IMG/VR virus record: IMGVR_UViG_3300037310_000230 | Location: 1-42,635 of that record | DNA from: a virus | Lineage: Duplodnaviria > Caudoviricetes | Direction: 5' to 3' (one strand) | Length of the DNA stretch: 42,635 bases | Part shown: in pieces, positions 41,636 to 42,635 of the stretch | Layout: each line of letters opens with the position of its first letter | Position numbering within the stretch: position 1 is the stretch's first letter | Position numbers and translations under genes: made by a program | The notes under the pieces: model-generated | Told to the model about the DNA's origin: nothing | The model's database searches: none | The model's input: only the letters and a program-made list of their open reading frames with translations

Positions 41636-42635
41636 CTAGATGCTCCGCTGCAGCGCGTAGCCGCGGCCTACGGTGGCTGATATTTGGTAGACACGCACGT
41701 GCAGCGTGCTCTGCGCGGAGCCGAAGTCCGTGATCTGGTCGGCCACGCTGTAGGTGGCGGCTTGGCTGGTGGCGCTGATCGTGCGCTTGAGCGTCGCAAA
41801 CGAGCCGCTGGCATAGATGTCGACCTCGTAGGCCTCGCTCGCTTCACCCAGCGGGTGCGTGCTGGAGTTGAAATTTTCTGCCAGCCGGGTGCGGCGGCTC
41901 CAGGTGAGGTTGATGTCGCCCGTGGTGCCGGCCGGGTCTGCCAGCTCGCTCGGCGGGGTAAAAGTGGTGCCGCCGGTGTACTTGCAGCGGCCTTTGACGA
42001 AGCCGAAATCGTCGATCCAGCCGTTGAGCGAATTCGATCCGGTGTCGTAGCTGCCGATGGCGATGGCGTCGCCGCTGTTGCTGCGCAGCGTGGCCGAGCT
42101 GCTGGCGCTGGCCTCTTGCGTGCCGTTGACGTAGAGGCGAAACGTGGTTCCGTCGCGCACCGCGGCCACGTGATACCACGTGCCGGTTGTTACCGTTGTG
42201 GTGCCGGCCAGACTGAAGGTAAGAGTGTTGCTTGAGTCAAATCCGTCGAACCTGAACTTGCTGCTCGCGTTGACCGCAACAAGGTATGGATAGAAGCCGG
42301 TACTCGTGGCTTTGACGCACAGCACCGCCGTAGTGACCGCGGAGAACCTCACCCAGAATTCGATCGTGAAATCGCCCGTCGGCACGTCGACCGACACGTG
42401 ATGCGACGCCTTGATGCCATCGCCCGTGCCGTCGCAGAGCAGGCTCGAGCCGCCGAACTTGCTCTGCGCGGTGTCGATCTGCGCGTTGCCGAGCGCCGAG
42501 AAGCTCAGCGCGTTGAGGCTCGAATCGGTAAACGTCGTCGATGTATCCGTGCCGTTGAAGTGCAGCAGCACGCTGATGTCGCTGCCAGCCGCTGCGGTGG
42601 CGCGCAGATCGACCGCGCTGAACGGCTTGAGGCCC
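41636..42635 (-). CDS. Tail tip protein C-terminal part with LamG domain (allele B), 5'-truncated by the window edge
   Basis: LLHFNG..DFTIEFWV..WYHVAAVRDGTTFRLYVNG..LNGWIDDF; then LTWSRRTR..PLGEASEAYEVDI. Confidence 0.9.
   Translation of the reverse strand, partial: GLKPFSAVDLRATAAAGSDISVLLHFNGTDTSTTFTDSSLNALSFSALGNAQIDTAQSKFGGSSLLCDGTGDGIKASHHVSVDVPTGDFTIEFWVRFSAVTTAVLCVKATSTGFYPYLVAVNASSKFRFDGFDSSNTLTFSLAGTTTVTTGTWYHVAAVRDGTTFRLYVNGTQEASASSSATLRSNSGDAIAIGSYDTGSNSLNGWIDDFGFVKGRCKYTGGTTFTPPSELADPAGTTGDINLTWSRRTRLAENFNSSTHPLGEASEAYEVDIYASGSFATLKRTISATSQAATYSVADQITDFGSAQSTLHVRVYQISATVGRGYALQRSI
41860..42635. repeat. Right copy of diverged end overlap
   Basis: About 91% identical to 1-776. Confidence 0.97.

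Larger units (their letters stand above)
1..42635. mobile_element. Complete temperate siphophage genome, circular/excised form (unit length ~41859 bp)
   Basis: Full set of packaging, head, tail, lysis, immunity, replication and integration modules; no host genes; uninterrupted attP; the two ends overlap within one gene. Confidence 0.95.

Noticed and set aside
41860-42635. True terminal repeat, or invertible tail-fibre shufflon
   Set aside because: The copies are direct and non-identical, a cos-like site lies at about 23600, no invertase is seen, and ~100-bp identical flanks fit an assembly bubble.

Overview
The window is a complete, circularly permuted ~41.86-kb temperate siphophage genome (GC-rich; probably a Burkholderiales/betaproteobacterial host, by inference). 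Bases 1-776 recur at 41860-42635 as a diverged copy. The minus strand carries the late region: lambda-type terminase, portal and S49 protease, a Mu gpT-type capsid, a long non-contractile tail with a -1 frameshift chaperone, a GTA-like tail tip, and a lysis cassette with nested spanins. It also carries the cro-driven replication operon. The plus strand carries the repressor, a lipoprotein, the early recombination operon, xis/int and an intact attP (3' half of tRNA-Ser CGA). Signals read directly from the DNA: five RTAGC-N4-GCTAY operators, two matching late promoters beside a Mor-family gene, and a lambda-like cos site. Most unusual: (1) a canonical-looking 58-bp integron attC-like site in reverse orientation closing a low-GC, Tad2-like gene in the early operon, with no integron integrase present; (2) two alleles of the tail-tip LamG domain; (3) a 5.5-kb block of four unknown virion-like genes between portal and protease. 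Family names are from motif recognition, not database searches.
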